Source: an uncultured archaeon (GTDB lineage: Archaea; Asgardarchaeota; Lokiarchaeia; Sigyniarchaeales; SOKP01). Taken from it: a stretch of 64,000 nucleotides of DNA. Of the stretch, positions 16,893 through 27,150 are shown one piece after another. The DNA is taken from NCBI GenBank assembly GCA_964409945.1, contig CAYPFJ010000007.1, positions 18,635 to 82,634 on the forward strand, written 5' to 3'. The position numbers and the translations under genes are program-made. Position 1 is the first letter of the stretch, and each line of letters begins with the position of its first letter. The notes under the pieces were generated by a model. The model was not told the DNA's origin. It saw nothing but the letters and a program-made list of their open reading frames with translations, and ran no database searches.

Positions 16893-18143
16893 ATGGCATT
16901 GACTCCATTTGAAATAGCAAAAAAGCAAATCGATATTGTTGCTGAAGAAATGGGATTAGATCCTAATATAGCGAAATATCTTAAGAGAGTTGAGAGAGCA
17001 TTAATAGTTACTATCCCTATTAGAATGGATAATGGATCTATGGAGATTTTCGAAGGTTATAGGGTTCATCATAGCACAGTTAGAGGTCCTGGAAAAGGGG
17101 GTATAAGATATTCTCCAGAAGTTAATTTAGATGAAATCAAAGCATTAGCTACATGGATGACATGGAAGTGTAGCCTTTTGAATTTACCATTAGGTGGTGC
17201 TAAAGGGGGTGTTTGTGTAGACCCTAGAAAGTTATCTAAAAATGAATTAGAACGCCTTACGAGAAGGTATACTTCTGAAATAATTAACATAATTGGGCCT
17301 GATATTGACATCCCTGCTCCAGATGTTAATACTAATGCTCAAGTCATGGCTTGGATTATGGATACCTATTCAATGAATAAGGGAAGGTCTATCCCTGGAG
17401 TTGTTACTGGTAAGCCTATTGAAATAGGAGGTTCTGTTGGTAGAGAACCTGCTACGGGAATGGGATTATTTTTCGTATTAGAAGCTCTATGTGAAAAGTT
17501 AAGTATAGACTTGAAATCACAAAAAATAGTAATTCAAGGGTTTGGTAATGTAGGTGGAACCATTGCTGGATTATTATATAATGAAGGATGCAAGGTAATG
17601 GCTATTTCGGACATATCTGGTGCTCTATATTTTTCTGAAGGATTGGAAATTGATAAATTACTAGAATGGACTCAACAAGGAAATTATTTAAAAGATTATA
17701 AAGATAAGAGATATAAATTAATTACAAATGAAGAATTACTTGCTTTAGAATGCGATATTTTGATTCCAGCTGCTCTTGAAAATCAAATAACATATAAAAA
17801 TGCTGATAATATCAAATGTAAAATTATATTGGAAGGAGCTAATGGCCCTGTTACACCTGAAGCAGATAGAATTCTGTTTGAAAAAGAGATTCGTGTATTA
17901 CCAGACATTCTTGCTAATGCTGGTGGTGTTTGTGTTTCTTATTTTGAATATGTTCAGGATATCAGAGCTTATTTCTGGGAATTAGATAGAATTAACAAGG
18001 AATTAAAAAAGATAATTTTAAGGGCTTTTGAAGAAGTATATATGCTTTCGAAAGAAAGAAAAATCTCTCTTCGTACAGCTGCTTACATTATTGCCGTCAG
18101 TAGGATTGCTAGAGCGATTGAACTTAGAGGAATATTTCCTTAA
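16893..18143 (+). CDS. gdhA: Glutamate dehydrogenase
   Basis: GPGKGGIRY, catalytic-Lys motif LPLGGAKGGV, Rossmann motif GFGNVGG, EGANGP. 416 aa. Confidence 0.9.
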   Translation: MALTPFEIAKKQIDIVAEEMGLDPNIAKYLKRVERALIVTIPIRMDNGSMEIFEGYRVHHSTVRGPGKGGIRYSPEVNLDEIKALATWMTWKCSLLNLPLGGAKGGVCVDPRKLSKNELERLTRRYTSEIINIIGPDIDIPAPDVNTNAQVMAWIMDTYSMNKGRSIPGVVTGKPIEIGGSVGREPATGMGLFFVLEALCEKLSIDLKSQKIVIQGFGNVGGTIAGLLYNEGCKVMAISDISGALYFSEGLEIDKLLEWTQQGNYLKDYKDKRYKLITNEELLALECDILIPAALENQITYKNADNIKCKIILEGANGPVTPEADRILFEKEIRVLPDILANAGGVCVSYFEYVQDIRAYFWELDRINKELKKIILRAFEEVYMLSKERKISLRTAAYIIAVSRIARAIELRGIFP

Positions 18144-18299
18144 AAATAATTTTATTCTTCTTTTTAGCATTTCCTAATTTAATAACAATTCTAAATTTCA
18201 GATATTCTTCTATTGCTATTATTTAGATTTAAAATAGAAAAATTAATAAAAAATTTATAGTTTAATGTTTAGATTATAGTTTTTTATCTTAAAGGATTA

Positions 18300-18728
18300 T
18301 TACTCTCCAAGTTCTTTTAAAACGTCTCCAACCATTCCATTAATTTCACCATATGCTATTGCATCTTGAAGATTCCCTTCAATCTGCAAGTCTCCACTCA
18401 TATAAGCACTAGTAGCATCAATATCACCAGAACCCATACCCGCCCAAGTAGCACTTGTTGCTTTCATGGTAACAGATGGGTCTTCAGCTTCACCTTCAGC
18501 ATACTCTACTTGCCCTTCTCCAAATTTTACCCAATATTTATAACCAACATCAGTCCATACAAATTGAACAAGAGTAAGATCCATATCTTCTACTTCTTCT
18601 TTTATATCTTCATTTTCAATAGCAAGTTGTTTAAAAGCTTCACATAATAAAAGAGCATCAGATGGCTTTCTTTCACCAGTCCCATCTCTCATATCTTTTA
18701 AATTTTTAAGTAAGTCATCACTAACCAT
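18300..18728 (-). CDS. SCP2 sterol-carrier-like domain protein
   Basis: ..VTMKATSATWAGMGSGDIDATSAYMSGDLQIEGNLQDAIAYG.. is the typical SCP2 C-terminal pattern. 142 aa. Confidence 0.65.
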   Translation of the reverse strand: MVSDDLLKNLKDMRDGTGERKPSDALLLCEAFKQLAIENEDIKEEVEDMDLTLVQFVWTDVGYKYWVKFGEGQVEYAEGEAEDPSVTMKATSATWAGMGSGDIDATSAYMSGDLQIEGNLQDAIAYGEINGMVGDVLKELGE

Positions 18729-18948
18729 TTTTTAAAACCACTTTTTTTTTTAATTTTGTCGAACATCTTTGATTAAAAGATAATTAATTATATTTGGAAT
18801 ATTTTAAAAGTTTTTATTTATTCAATAACGCTTTATTTGCGTTATTCAATACTATAGATTGATCCGAGGGGGAAATTATACTTTTTTAAAAAAAAATCTA
18901 CTTAAATATGAGGATTAATAGAAAAAAATAAAAATAAAGATTTGAAGA

Positions 18949-20034
18949 TTATATACTTTGGCCTAGCAATTCTATGCTACCAGTTGAAGTAGAAACACCA
19001 AATGTGTACTTATTAGTTGCATCACCATAATCTCCAGAAGATATCACTCCACCTACCTTACTCATTCCACCAGTTCCTAAGGGAGTGTATATAATAGAGC
19101 CCGTACTTACTGAACATGTAAATCGGGATCCTATACTACTTAAAGAATCATCATATTTTACATCAACACTCCCAGTAGATGTTCCTATTGTTCCTGTAAT
19201 GTTAGCATTCATTTCTATATATTGTAAAATTTCGATATCAATACTTCCCGTATTTGTATGAATATTCCAATTACAATCTTTCACGTATCTCATGTTATAA
19301 CTTTTAACTGTTATTGAACCAGTTGATACAGTTCCTTTTAAATTATCACCAATAATGCATTGCGAAAAATTTAAAATAAGAGACCCTGTTGATGTGTAGG
19401 CCGTTAATCCATGAGTAAAATTGGCTTGTTTAGCATAAATATTAATTGATCCCGTACTAGTACTTATTCCTAGAGTTCCTTGAAAAGTTGTATTTTTCGC
19501 AGAGTTTAGTACTAATGATCCCGTAGATGTACTTAAAGAAGTATTATTAATAATTATATTATCTGGCACATTCATATTTATCGCTCCTGTACTACTAAAT
19601 GCATTTATATTATAAACTACATCAGTTCTAAGAGTAACATTTAATGTAATTCGGTGTGAAAGTCCAAAAATAAACACTGGATTGGCCTTCGCATCAAGTT
19701 CGAATGATATTGGAGTACTAATATTTACCCATTCAATAGGATAAAAAAAATCTGAAAATATTTTGCCCTCAACAAAACCACCTACAATTTTAATATCTAA
19801 ATCAACTTGCACATAATAGTCAGTTGGTGTAGTATTATATTTAACATTTATTTTTCCGATATCACAGATTAGATTTAATCTCTCTATTGGCAAAGGAGCT
19901 CCGGGTTTATAGTAATAAGAATCTGCATATTCATATTCTCCCCATGTAGTAGCTATTACAACTCCAAATGCCGTCCCTCCATTAACTATACACGCAGCCA
20001 CAATCATCAAAACAATATTAGTTTTCTTTTTCAA
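18949..20034 (-). CDS. Membrane-anchored beta-helical repeat protein (DUF4097/'putative adhesin'-like, recurring STGS(I/L) motif)
   Basis: N-terminal hydrophobic anchor IVLMIVAACIVNGGTAF. At least 8 repeats of (S/N)TGS(I/L/V)x(I/V/L) spaced about 20-25 aa apart (STGSLVLN, STGSINIY, STGSLILN, STGSITVK, NTGSIDIE, STGSVDVK, STGSIIY, STGSIELL). Confidence 0.5.
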   Translation of the reverse strand: MKKKTNIVLMIVAACIVNGGTAFGVVIATTWGEYEYADSYYYKPGAPLPIERLNLICDIGKINVKYNTTPTDYYVQVDLDIKIVGGFVEGKIFSDFFYPIEWVNISTPISFELDAKANPVFIFGLSHRITLNVTLRTDVVYNINAFSSTGAINMNVPDNIIINNTSLSTSTGSLVLNSAKNTTFQGTLGISTSTGSINIYAKQANFTHGLTAYTSTGSLILNFSQCIIGDNLKGTVSTGSITVKSYNMRYVKDCNWNIHTNTGSIDIEILQYIEMNANITGTIGTSTGSVDVKYDDSLSSIGSRFTCSVSTGSIIYTPLGTGGMSKVGGVISSGDYGDATNKYTFGVSTSTGSIELLGQSI

Positions 20035-20172
20035 TCAAATCACCTACTTGTGTAATTTTAACCTATTTTTTAAGTTAATTTAGTTTTAACCAATATTTAA
20101 ATTAACTTTAGTCTGATTTTTATAAAATATAAAAAAGAAAAAATAAATAAAACCAATATAGTTAAATGTGTC

Positions 20173-20685
20173 TTAGAGCTTCTCAACTACTGATCGAGCA
20201 AATTCTTTTGCTTTCTTTAAATCTTCTTCGTTTGGTCTTCCTTTAAGCCATTGCTGATGCTTTTCAGCCTCTTTTCGTTTTTCAAGAGGTAATTTATCTA
20301 ACATTGAATTACGAGTTTCTTCAGGGATACCTAAATTATCTCCACAACAATCAAACTCAGCAATTATCTTCGAAACATTTCCTATTTTTCGTTTCACTAA
20401 TTTGAATCCGTCTTGATAACCAACTAAACTTGCATGAGTAGAGAAAAATACGAAGTTTTGCGGTAATTCTGGAGCAGAATTCACTAATTCTACCAGTGCT
20501 TTATTTACTCGACTTGCATAAATTCCTGAACCTAAAAAGACTAAATCATAATTATTAAAACTCAAAGGGTCTACTTCATTAATAGGTGTTAACTCAACCT
20601 CTTCATCACTTAAGGCTTCCTTAATACTTTTCGCGATTTTTTCTGTGTTCCCCGTATTCGAGAAATATGTAATTAATATTTTCAA
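20173..20685 (-). CDS. Flavodoxin-family protein
   Basis: MKILITYFSNTGNTEKIAKSI FMN-phosphate loop. 170 aa. Confidence 0.75.
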   Translation of the reverse strand: MKILITYFSNTGNTEKIAKSIKEALSDEEVELTPINEVDPLSFNNYDLVFLGSGIYASRVNKALVELVNSAPELPQNFVFFSTHASLVGYQDGFKLVKRKIGNVSKIIAEFDCCGDNLGIPEETRNSMLDKLPLEKRKEAEKHQQWLKGRPNEEDLKKAKEFARSVVEKL

Positions 20686-20739
20686 TTAATTCACCATGGT
20701 AAAAAATATTCAATTCTAATAAAAGCTTATTAAGAGTTT

Positions 20740-21645
20740 TTATTCATTGTTTAAAGTGAAAAAATTTTTTGCATTATTAACCGTTTTTTCACTTACTAGT
20801 TTTTGAGGAACATTATGAGAATAAGCAATAGCAGCAATGGAATATCTTACATTTGAAGGTACATTTATTGGTCCTCTTTTATAGGGATGCTGATAATAAG
20901 AATCAGTTTCAGTAACTAACGATTCTAATGGTGTAAATTTTGTTACCCTACGCCATCTATCGAAACCATAGGCAGAGCTTGGTACAGAAAGTATAAATCC
21001 TTGATTTGGTAAAGAAGTTCCATAATCTTCTGGTCCTGAAAAACAATGCCACATAACCCTTTTCGGACCTATTTTAAAATCCTTTAAAATATTGAGAATC
21101 TCTTTATTTACTCCATCTTTTTTATTAAATCTATGTTTCGGATGTTTTTTATCGAATTCTTGTTCAGCAGCATTTCGAACATGTAAAATATAAGATTTGT
21201 TAAGATCTCTCGTTAATTCTATGATTTTTTTAAACACTTTGACTTGATTGTTTCTTTCCTCTAAGGTTTTGGCATGATGAAAATCTAAACCTATCTCGCC
21301 AATTCCTAGATACTTTTCTGAATTATTTTGAATAAAATCAATCCATTTTTTCCATTCTAAGTTATATTTGTCCTTAGGAGTATATGTAACTGTCTGTGGA
21401 GCCCATCCACATGTAAAACCAAAATTTTTATCGAATTTTTTCATAAAGTCTAAAGTTAAATTCAGTGTCTGCATATCAATTGTGCTTGTTATTAAATATT
21501 GACCCCCCATTTTGAAATAACTTAAATATTGTTCTTTATTTGTTGGTAATTGATCATTTTTGGGACGATGAAAAGGCATATGGCAATGAACGTCAATAAA
21601 TTTTAAACCGCTTTCTGGTTCTGGAACAACTATTTTTTTAGGCAT
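20740..21645 (-). CDS. TatD-family metal-dependent hydrolase
   Basis: IDVHCHM, GEIGLDFHH, ILHVRNA, and a late TETDSYY motif. Confidence 0.75.
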   Translation of the reverse strand: MPKKIVVPEPESGLKFIDVHCHMPFHRPKNDQLPTNKEQYLSYFKMGGQYLITSTIDMQTLNLTLDFMKKFDKNFGFTCGWAPQTVTYTPKDKYNLEWKKWIDFIQNNSEKYLGIGEIGLDFHHAKTLEERNNQVKVFKKIIELTRDLNKSYILHVRNAAEQEFDKKHPKHRFNKKDGVNKEILNILKDFKIGPKRVMWHCFSGPEDYGTSLPNQGFILSVPSSAYGFDRWRRVTKFTPLESLVTETDSYYQHPYKRGPINVPSNVRYSIAAIAYSHNVPQKLVSEKTVNNAKNFFTLNNE

Positions 21646-21789
21646 ATTAGATTTAAGTAAATATAATTATCATATCATTTGAGAAGTTATATTTTTAAAT
21701 AAATTGTTGTATTAAGATTTTATCAATTCAAAAATGTGGTATATTTTTTCAACTAATTCTTTAAATAAGGTCTTTTATTTAACACTATT

Positions 21790-22203
21790 ATGAGTGATCA
21801 GTTAAAATCTAAACTTAAAGAGTTAGAAACAAAGAAAAAGGAATTACAACCCAAAATCGATGAAATTAACGCTAAACGAGAAGAAGAGATTCAAAGAGTA
21901 AATAAAAAATATGATCATTTGATATATGATGTCGATTACACAGCTCGACAACTAGAAGATGATTTTTATAACGATCTAATTAAATCTTTTGTACAGATTG
22001 TTACAAGAGAATTTGATTTAAAAAGAAGCTCAGACATGTATGAATTAACAGACGAATTTAAAGATTATCGACAAACTATTGGTCAATTTGATATGTTCCC
22101 TGAGGAATTAATCAACAAATTACAGAGAGTAATAAATGGAGAGCCAATTGAAAGTATCATGTATGATCTTGAGAATATTCAAAAAAAATATTTAAGATCT
22201 TAG
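21790..22203 (+). CDS. Hypothetical coiled-coil protein
   Basis: 137-aa ORF with a K/E-rich heptad-like N-terminus. No recognisable family. Confidence 0.4.
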   Translation: MSDQLKSKLKELETKKKELQPKIDEINAKREEEIQRVNKKYDHLIYDVDYTARQLEDDFYNDLIKSFVQIVTREFDLKRSSDMYELTDEFKDYRQTIGQFDMFPEELINKLQRVINGEPIESIMYDLENIQKKYLRS

Positions 22204-22492
22204 ACTGTATTATATTTAGAAATAGGTTATATTATTTCTACAGAATTGCTTTTTTAATCTGATTTTTTAAGGTATCATTGAGATATTACTTAGATAAATA
22301 TGTGTTATTCAATCTCTTGGTTTATAGTAAAACTATAATTTTGGTAATTTTAAAATGGAATTATTCGAAGAAGAAGTAGAGATTTACAACTCTAAGATAA
22401 GACAACTAAATTGGCTTTATGAGGAATTACGGCTCCAACCTGAGATTTTGAAGGATCTCATCAATGAAAAAGGGCAAAAATTACCATTAAAT

Positions 22493-23059
22493 TTATAAAT
22501 CCTTCTTAAAATGCGTTTTAAAAATAGCATTTAAAATAATTTTAATCTTTTTAATACCTTCAATTAAAGTACCATTAGCAGGAATATGAACGAAAATTAC
22601 AGGGTACTCTTTATTTGAAAGATAAAGTGCCCAATAGTATAGATAGTTGCATAAATATAATCCAGCATAATTGGAGATATAAAAATTCGATTTATCTTTA
22701 ACAACTGAAAAAACTTTATCTAAATTTATAATGGTTTTAATACATAGATGACGACAAACTTTTATAATGCCAATTTTGAATTTTTTTTCAATATCTTCAC
22801 CCATTTTAAAATTCCACCCAAATTTTTCGAGATAATATTTCTTACTTGAATGAATACCTAGCAAAACCACTAAATCAGGTTTAGATCCTAATTCTAATAA
22901 CAAGTTTTTATAAGAATTTACACTATGTTTCCAACTTACTGGTATTATTCCTCTTTTCAATTGAAAATTTTGATTTTGAAAAGAAAACTTTTTGACAATT
23001 TCACTACTTAAGTTTGATTTGTAAGTTCCATAAGGCCTAAAACCAGTTAAAATTATCAA
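22493..23059 (-). CDS. Pyroglutamyl-peptidase I-like (peptidase C15) protein
   Basis: MIILTGFRPYG N-terminus, nucleophile context AGLYLCNYLYY, and His context VIFVHIP. Confidence 0.55.
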   Translation of the reverse strand: MIILTGFRPYGTYKSNLSSEIVKKFSFQNQNFQLKRGIIPVSWKHSVNSYKNLLLELGSKPDLVVLLGIHSSKKYYLEKFGWNFKMGEDIEKKFKIGIIKVCRHLCIKTIINLDKVFSVVKDKSNFYISNYAGLYLCNYLYYWALYLSNKEYPVIFVHIPANGTLIEGIKKIKIILNAIFKTHFKKDL

Positions 23060-23138
23060 ATTTAAGTCATTTGAATTGATTTTTAATAAAAAATTAAAAA
23101 AATTAATGAAAAATATTAAATCTTCATAATAATTACAC

Positions 23139-23573
23139 TTATTCTTCAGCAGCAGCGGCAGCAGCGGCAGCCTTAGCTTTCTCTTTTTCTATGGCAGCTA
23201 TTTGTTTCTTTAAACTTTTTATTTCAACTTGAACTTCCTTAATCTTGCCTTTCTTGTCATTAGCGATTTCTTTTAACTTAATATTCAAAGCCTTTTCTTT
23301 TCCACTTTTTAATTGAGAAAGAGTTTTATTAGCTTCTTTAGCAGTTGCTATTTTTTCTTTCTTTTTATTCTTCCACTCTTCTGCTTTTTGAATTGCTTCA
23401 TCTCGTAAGACTTCTTCTTGATTTAATTTTGCTTCAGCTGCTTCAATTTTTGGATTATATTCTGTTTCAACCTTGCTTTCTGCTGAAGCTTCTTCCTTGC
23501 TGGCTTCCTCTTCTATGCGAGTAATTTCATCTTCTTTGGCACTAATTTGGCCTCTAATATTTTCTTCGGTCAT
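23139..23573 (-). CDS. Hypothetical K/E/A-rich coiled-coil protein with poly-Ala C-terminal tract
   Basis: 144 aa ending ..KEKAKAAAAAAAAEE, encoded by a GCnGCn run at 23145-23172. Confidence 0.4.
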   Translation of the reverse strand: MTEENIRGQISAKEDEITRIEEEASKEEASAESKVETEYNPKIEAAEAKLNQEEVLRDEAIQKAEEWKNKKKEKIATAKEANKTLSQLKSGKEKALNIKLKEIANDKKGKIKEVQVEIKSLKKQIAAIEKEKAKAAAAAAAAEE

Positions 23574-23830
23574 AAAACATCATTTTTTTTATTTTCTTTT
23601 AAAATTAATTTTTGAATTAAAATAATATTTTCAGTTCTAATAATTCAATTACGTGTTATAATAGTGTTAGGATTGGTATCCTTTTAAACTTTCTATAATC
23701 ATTTTTTTAGAGGCTTTTTAAATTTACTGCTTTTCAGTATCTTTACTATAGTTTTATAATGATCATCGTTTATGGATAGTTCCAACTTACTAATTGATGA
23801 ATTTAATATGACCCATTTCTTTTAGTAGCA

Positions 23831-24361
23831 TCATGCATTCTTTTTTAACGTGAATTCCCAAGCACACCAATAATGTTCAGGGTGAGGTCCTGGAGGACAC
23901 GCAATGCATTTTGTTTCTATTCGAGGATCTATTGTTTTAGCAAATAATCCATATTCTACAACACCAACTTGTTTACAAGGGAAATCTGGAAGTCCTCTCC
24001 CTTTTCTAGCAGATTGCACACGGCAATCATTCATTCTAAAAACACATCGATTATCCGATACATCAAGAACTTCTTGTTTATTAATATTTGCATATACTCT
24101 ATATTTTAAAGCTTTTATAAGAGCTGGAATGCCCCCATTTTGTGGTATTTTAAATCTCTTCATGATTCTCTTCGCTTCAATAATAGTAAATCTTTTCCAC
24201 TGTTTAACATCTAATTCTATAGCTTTATCAAGCCCGTATTCATGTTCAACTGTCTGGAACCATGTTCCATCAATAGCAAGCCAATTTTTTGAAAGATCTT
24301 CGATATAATCCATTAATTCTTCTCTATTGAGTGATTCTAAATCTTCTCTCATCTTGATCAA
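23831..24361 (-). CDS. Conserved hypothetical Cys-rich protein
   Basis: WLAIDGTWFQTVEHEYGLDKAIELDVKQW.. plus C-terminal Cys residues (CRVQSARKG..FPCKQVG..KCIACPPGP..WCAWEF). It resembles small uncharacterised proteins of anaerobes. The family name is not certain. Confidence 0.45.
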   Translation of the reverse strand: MIKMREDLESLNREELMDYIEDLSKNWLAIDGTWFQTVEHEYGLDKAIELDVKQWKRFTIIEAKRIMKRFKIPQNGGIPALIKALKYRVYANINKQEVLDVSDNRCVFRMNDCRVQSARKGRGLPDFPCKQVGVVEYGLFAKTIDPRIETKCIACPPGPHPEHYWCAWEFTLKKNA

Positions 24362-24568
24362 TAATTGAAATTAACAAAATTTAATTTTGAAAATTATTGA
24401 AAATTTAAATAGTTGAACCCACTTGATTATAGAATTGTTAAAGTAACATAGAATAGGAAATAAAAATGGGTGAAACTGAAAAGAAAAATTTAATAATATT
24501 TTAATTTTAATTATTTTAGTATCTATTTTATCCAGAAATACTGGAAATATTAAATCGTGTTGAAAAAA

Positions 24569-26494
24569 ATGGGAAAAACTTTAACTGAAAAAATCTTAGA
24601 ACTACATTTAGTTGAGGGTAAATTAGAAAAGGGAACTGATATTGCCATTAAAATTGACCAAACTTTAACTCAGGATGCTACAGGTACAATGGCTTACTTA
24701 CAATTTGAAGCTATGGGAGTTTCACGTGTTCAAACAGAACTATCCGTAAGTTACGTTGATCATAACACATTGCAGACTGATTTTAAAAACCCTGATGATC
24801 ATCGCTATCTTCAAAGTATTGCTGCGAAATATGGCTTATATTTTTCGCGTCCCGGAAATGGTATTTGCCATCAAGTCCATCTTGAACGATTTGCTCGCCC
24901 TGGCAGAACATTATTAGGTAGTGACAGTCATACTCCTACTGGTGGGGGTGTTGGATCAATAGCAATTGGAGCAGGAGGACTTGATGTAGCTGCTGCTATG
25001 GCTGGTGAATCATTCCGTTTAAAAATGCCTCAAGTTGTAAAAGTATATCTTAAAGGAAAGCTTCCTGATTTTGTATCCGCGAAGGATGTAATATTAGAAA
25101 TCTTGAGAAGAATTGGGGTGAAAGGAGCTGTTAATAAAGTTCTAGAATATACAGGTCCGGGAATAAAGACTCTAACTGTTCCAGAAAGAGGAACAATAAC
25201 GAATATGGGAACTGAAACTGGAGCTACAACCTCAATCTTTCCATCTGATGAGATTACTAAAGAGTTTTTAGAAGCACAAGAAAGAGGAGATCAATGGATT
25301 CAATTAGAACCAGATGAAGATGCTAAATATGATGAAACTATTGAAATTGATCTAAGTGAATTAGAACCATTAATAGCTGAACCCCATAGTCCCGGAAATG
25401 TTAAAACTGTTAAAGAATTGGAAGGATTAAATGTAGATCAAGTGTGTATAGGTAGTTGTACGAATTCTTCTTTGCGAGATCTTAAAATTGTTGCAAATAT
25501 GTTAAAAGGGAAAACAATTAATCTAAATACAGTTTTAACTGTATCGCCTGGTTCTCGACAAGTTGTTGATCATATGATTGATTCCGGAGAAATGGGTTAT
25601 TTAATAAAAGCAGGTGCAAGAATATTAGAAAACGCTTGTGGTCCTTGCATTGGAATGGGATTAGCTCCTAAAAGCGATGCCATTTCTCTTAGGACTTTCA
25701 ATAGGAATTTTCTTGGAAGAACAGGTACAAAAAGTGCTAATGCTTACTTAGTAAGCCCTGAAACTGCTGCTTTTGCTGCTATTAAAGGAAAAATTACAGA
25801 TCCAAGAAAGTTTGGTAGTATACCTAAAATTGATATGCCTAAAAATTTTATGGTAAATGATAATATGATCATTCCGCCACTACCTACCGAAGAAGCAAAG
25901 AATGTAGAAATTATTAGAGGTCCAAATATAAAACCCTTACCTGAATTTAATCCTTTACCGGCTAAATTAGAAGGGGAAGTTCTTTTAAAAGTTGAAGACG
26001 ATATCACAACGGATCACATCATGCCCGCTGGAGCTAAAATCTTACCATTGAGAAGTAATATACCAGAAATTAGCAAATATGTTTTTAACGTAGTTGATGA
26101 ATCCTTTCACGATCGATCTCTCGCAAAAGGAGGGGGCTTTATTGTAGGCGGAGATAATTATGGACAAGGTTCAAGTCGTGAACATGCAGCAATTGCTCCT
26201 AAATATCTTGGAATAAAGGCTGTCATAGTAAAGAGCTTTGCTCGTATACATTTAGCGAACTTAGTGAATTTTGGAATAGTACCTTTGACATTCGTTAACA
26301 AAGATGATTATGACACAATTGAACCGGAAGATAAATTTGAGATTGATTTAACTACAATCAAATCTGGTAAAGTCAAACTAAAAAACATAACAAAAAATCT
26401 TGATCTTGAATTAACTCATTCGCTTAGCGAACAAGATTTAGAGGAATTAATAGTCGGGGGAAAATTAACACGGATAAAACAAAAACATATTTAA
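24569..26494 (+). CDS. acn: Aconitate hydratase (about 640-aa 'short' aconitase type)
   Basis: GSDSHTPTGGG, CGPCIGMG, GSCTNS and GQGSSREHAA motifs. ATG 24569 is preferred over GTG 24557. Confidence 0.85.
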   Translation: MGKTLTEKILELHLVEGKLEKGTDIAIKIDQTLTQDATGTMAYLQFEAMGVSRVQTELSVSYVDHNTLQTDFKNPDDHRYLQSIAAKYGLYFSRPGNGICHQVHLERFARPGRTLLGSDSHTPTGGGVGSIAIGAGGLDVAAAMAGESFRLKMPQVVKVYLKGKLPDFVSAKDVILEILRRIGVKGAVNKVLEYTGPGIKTLTVPERGTITNMGTETGATTSIFPSDEITKEFLEAQERGDQWIQLEPDEDAKYDETIEIDLSELEPLIAEPHSPGNVKTVKELEGLNVDQVCIGSCTNSSLRDLKIVANMLKGKTINLNTVLTVSPGSRQVVDHMIDSGEMGYLIKAGARILENACGPCIGMGLAPKSDAISLRTFNRNFLGRTGTKSANAYLVSPETAAFAAIKGKITDPRKFGSIPKIDMPKNFMVNDNMIIPPLPTEEAKNVEIIRGPNIKPLPEFNPLPAKLEGEVLLKVEDDITTDHIMPAGAKILPLRSNIPEISKYVFNVVDESFHDRSLAKGGGFIVGGDNYGQGSSREHAAIAPKYLGIKAVIVKSFARIHLANLVNFGIVPLTFVNKDDYDTIEPEDKFEIDLTTIKSGKVKLKNITKNLDLELTHSLSEQDLEELIVGGKLTRIKQKHI

Positions 26495-26594
26495 TTAGAG
26501 ATTTCAATATATTTTTTTTTGTGCTTTTAGTATTAAACAAGTATAAATGAAGGAGAATCTTTCTGACTCTAAGCAAAGATTGATCTTTTATTCA

Positions 26595-27071
26595 TTATAC
26601 TCTACCCGGGTAGTCTACCTTTCTAAAAGGCCAATCTGTGCTGACCCAATCTCGTACGGTATTGAATAATACTTCATCCAATCCTTTTTCATATTCAGTT
26701 TGACGCACCCACATGACCACGATAGCATCTGAGCCAGTCACTTCGGATGGGGTGATATAAACACAACCAAGAACTTTTGATTCGTCCAGGGATACGACAG
26801 TATATGTAAATGCCTTACGGTCGAGAAATTCTTGTTGATGCCTTTCTAAGTCGGTCAGATTTTCCTCAATGGTGAAACCTAATCTCGGCCATGGATCGCC
26901 AAACGTAGTATGGAGAAGCTCACGGCTCTCGATAACTGCTTCGTAATCCTTTTCAACATCATCTATAGACAGCATTCGAAGGCGAAAAAGGTCTGTTTCG
27001 AGCAGAAGGGGAACTTCGAAATCATTGGGTACAAAAAGATCTTTGGATATTGAATTTTCCTTATTCGCCAT
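26595..27071 (-). CDS. GNAT-family N-acetyltransferase (RimJ/RimL-like)
   Basis: 158 aa. FRLRMLSIDDVEKDYEAV.. N-terminus and ..LGCVYITP.. core. G+C is elevated (see findings). Confidence 0.5.
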   Translation of the reverse strand: MANKENSISKDLFVPNDFEVPLLLETDLFRLRMLSIDDVEKDYEAVIESRELLHTTFGDPWPRLGFTIEENLTDLERHQQEFLDRKAFTYTVVSLDESKVLGCVYITPSEVTGSDAIVVMWVRQTEYEKGLDEVLFNTVRDWVSTDWPFRKVDYPGRV

Positions 27072-27150
27072 TTTTAGAATGGATAGTGGATATATTATAT
27101 AGGTAGTATTGATTTATATTTATAAAATTGAATCAAATATTAATATTCTC

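Noticed and set aside
22355-22498. 47-aa ORF (MELFEEEVEIYNSKIRQLNWLYEELRLQPEILKDLINEKGQKLPLNL) in the gap before the C15 peptidase gene; also a 29-aa ORF at about 45589-45678
   Set aside because: There is no paralog, motif or coupling to support either ORF. They may be real small proteins, but the sequence alone does not show it.
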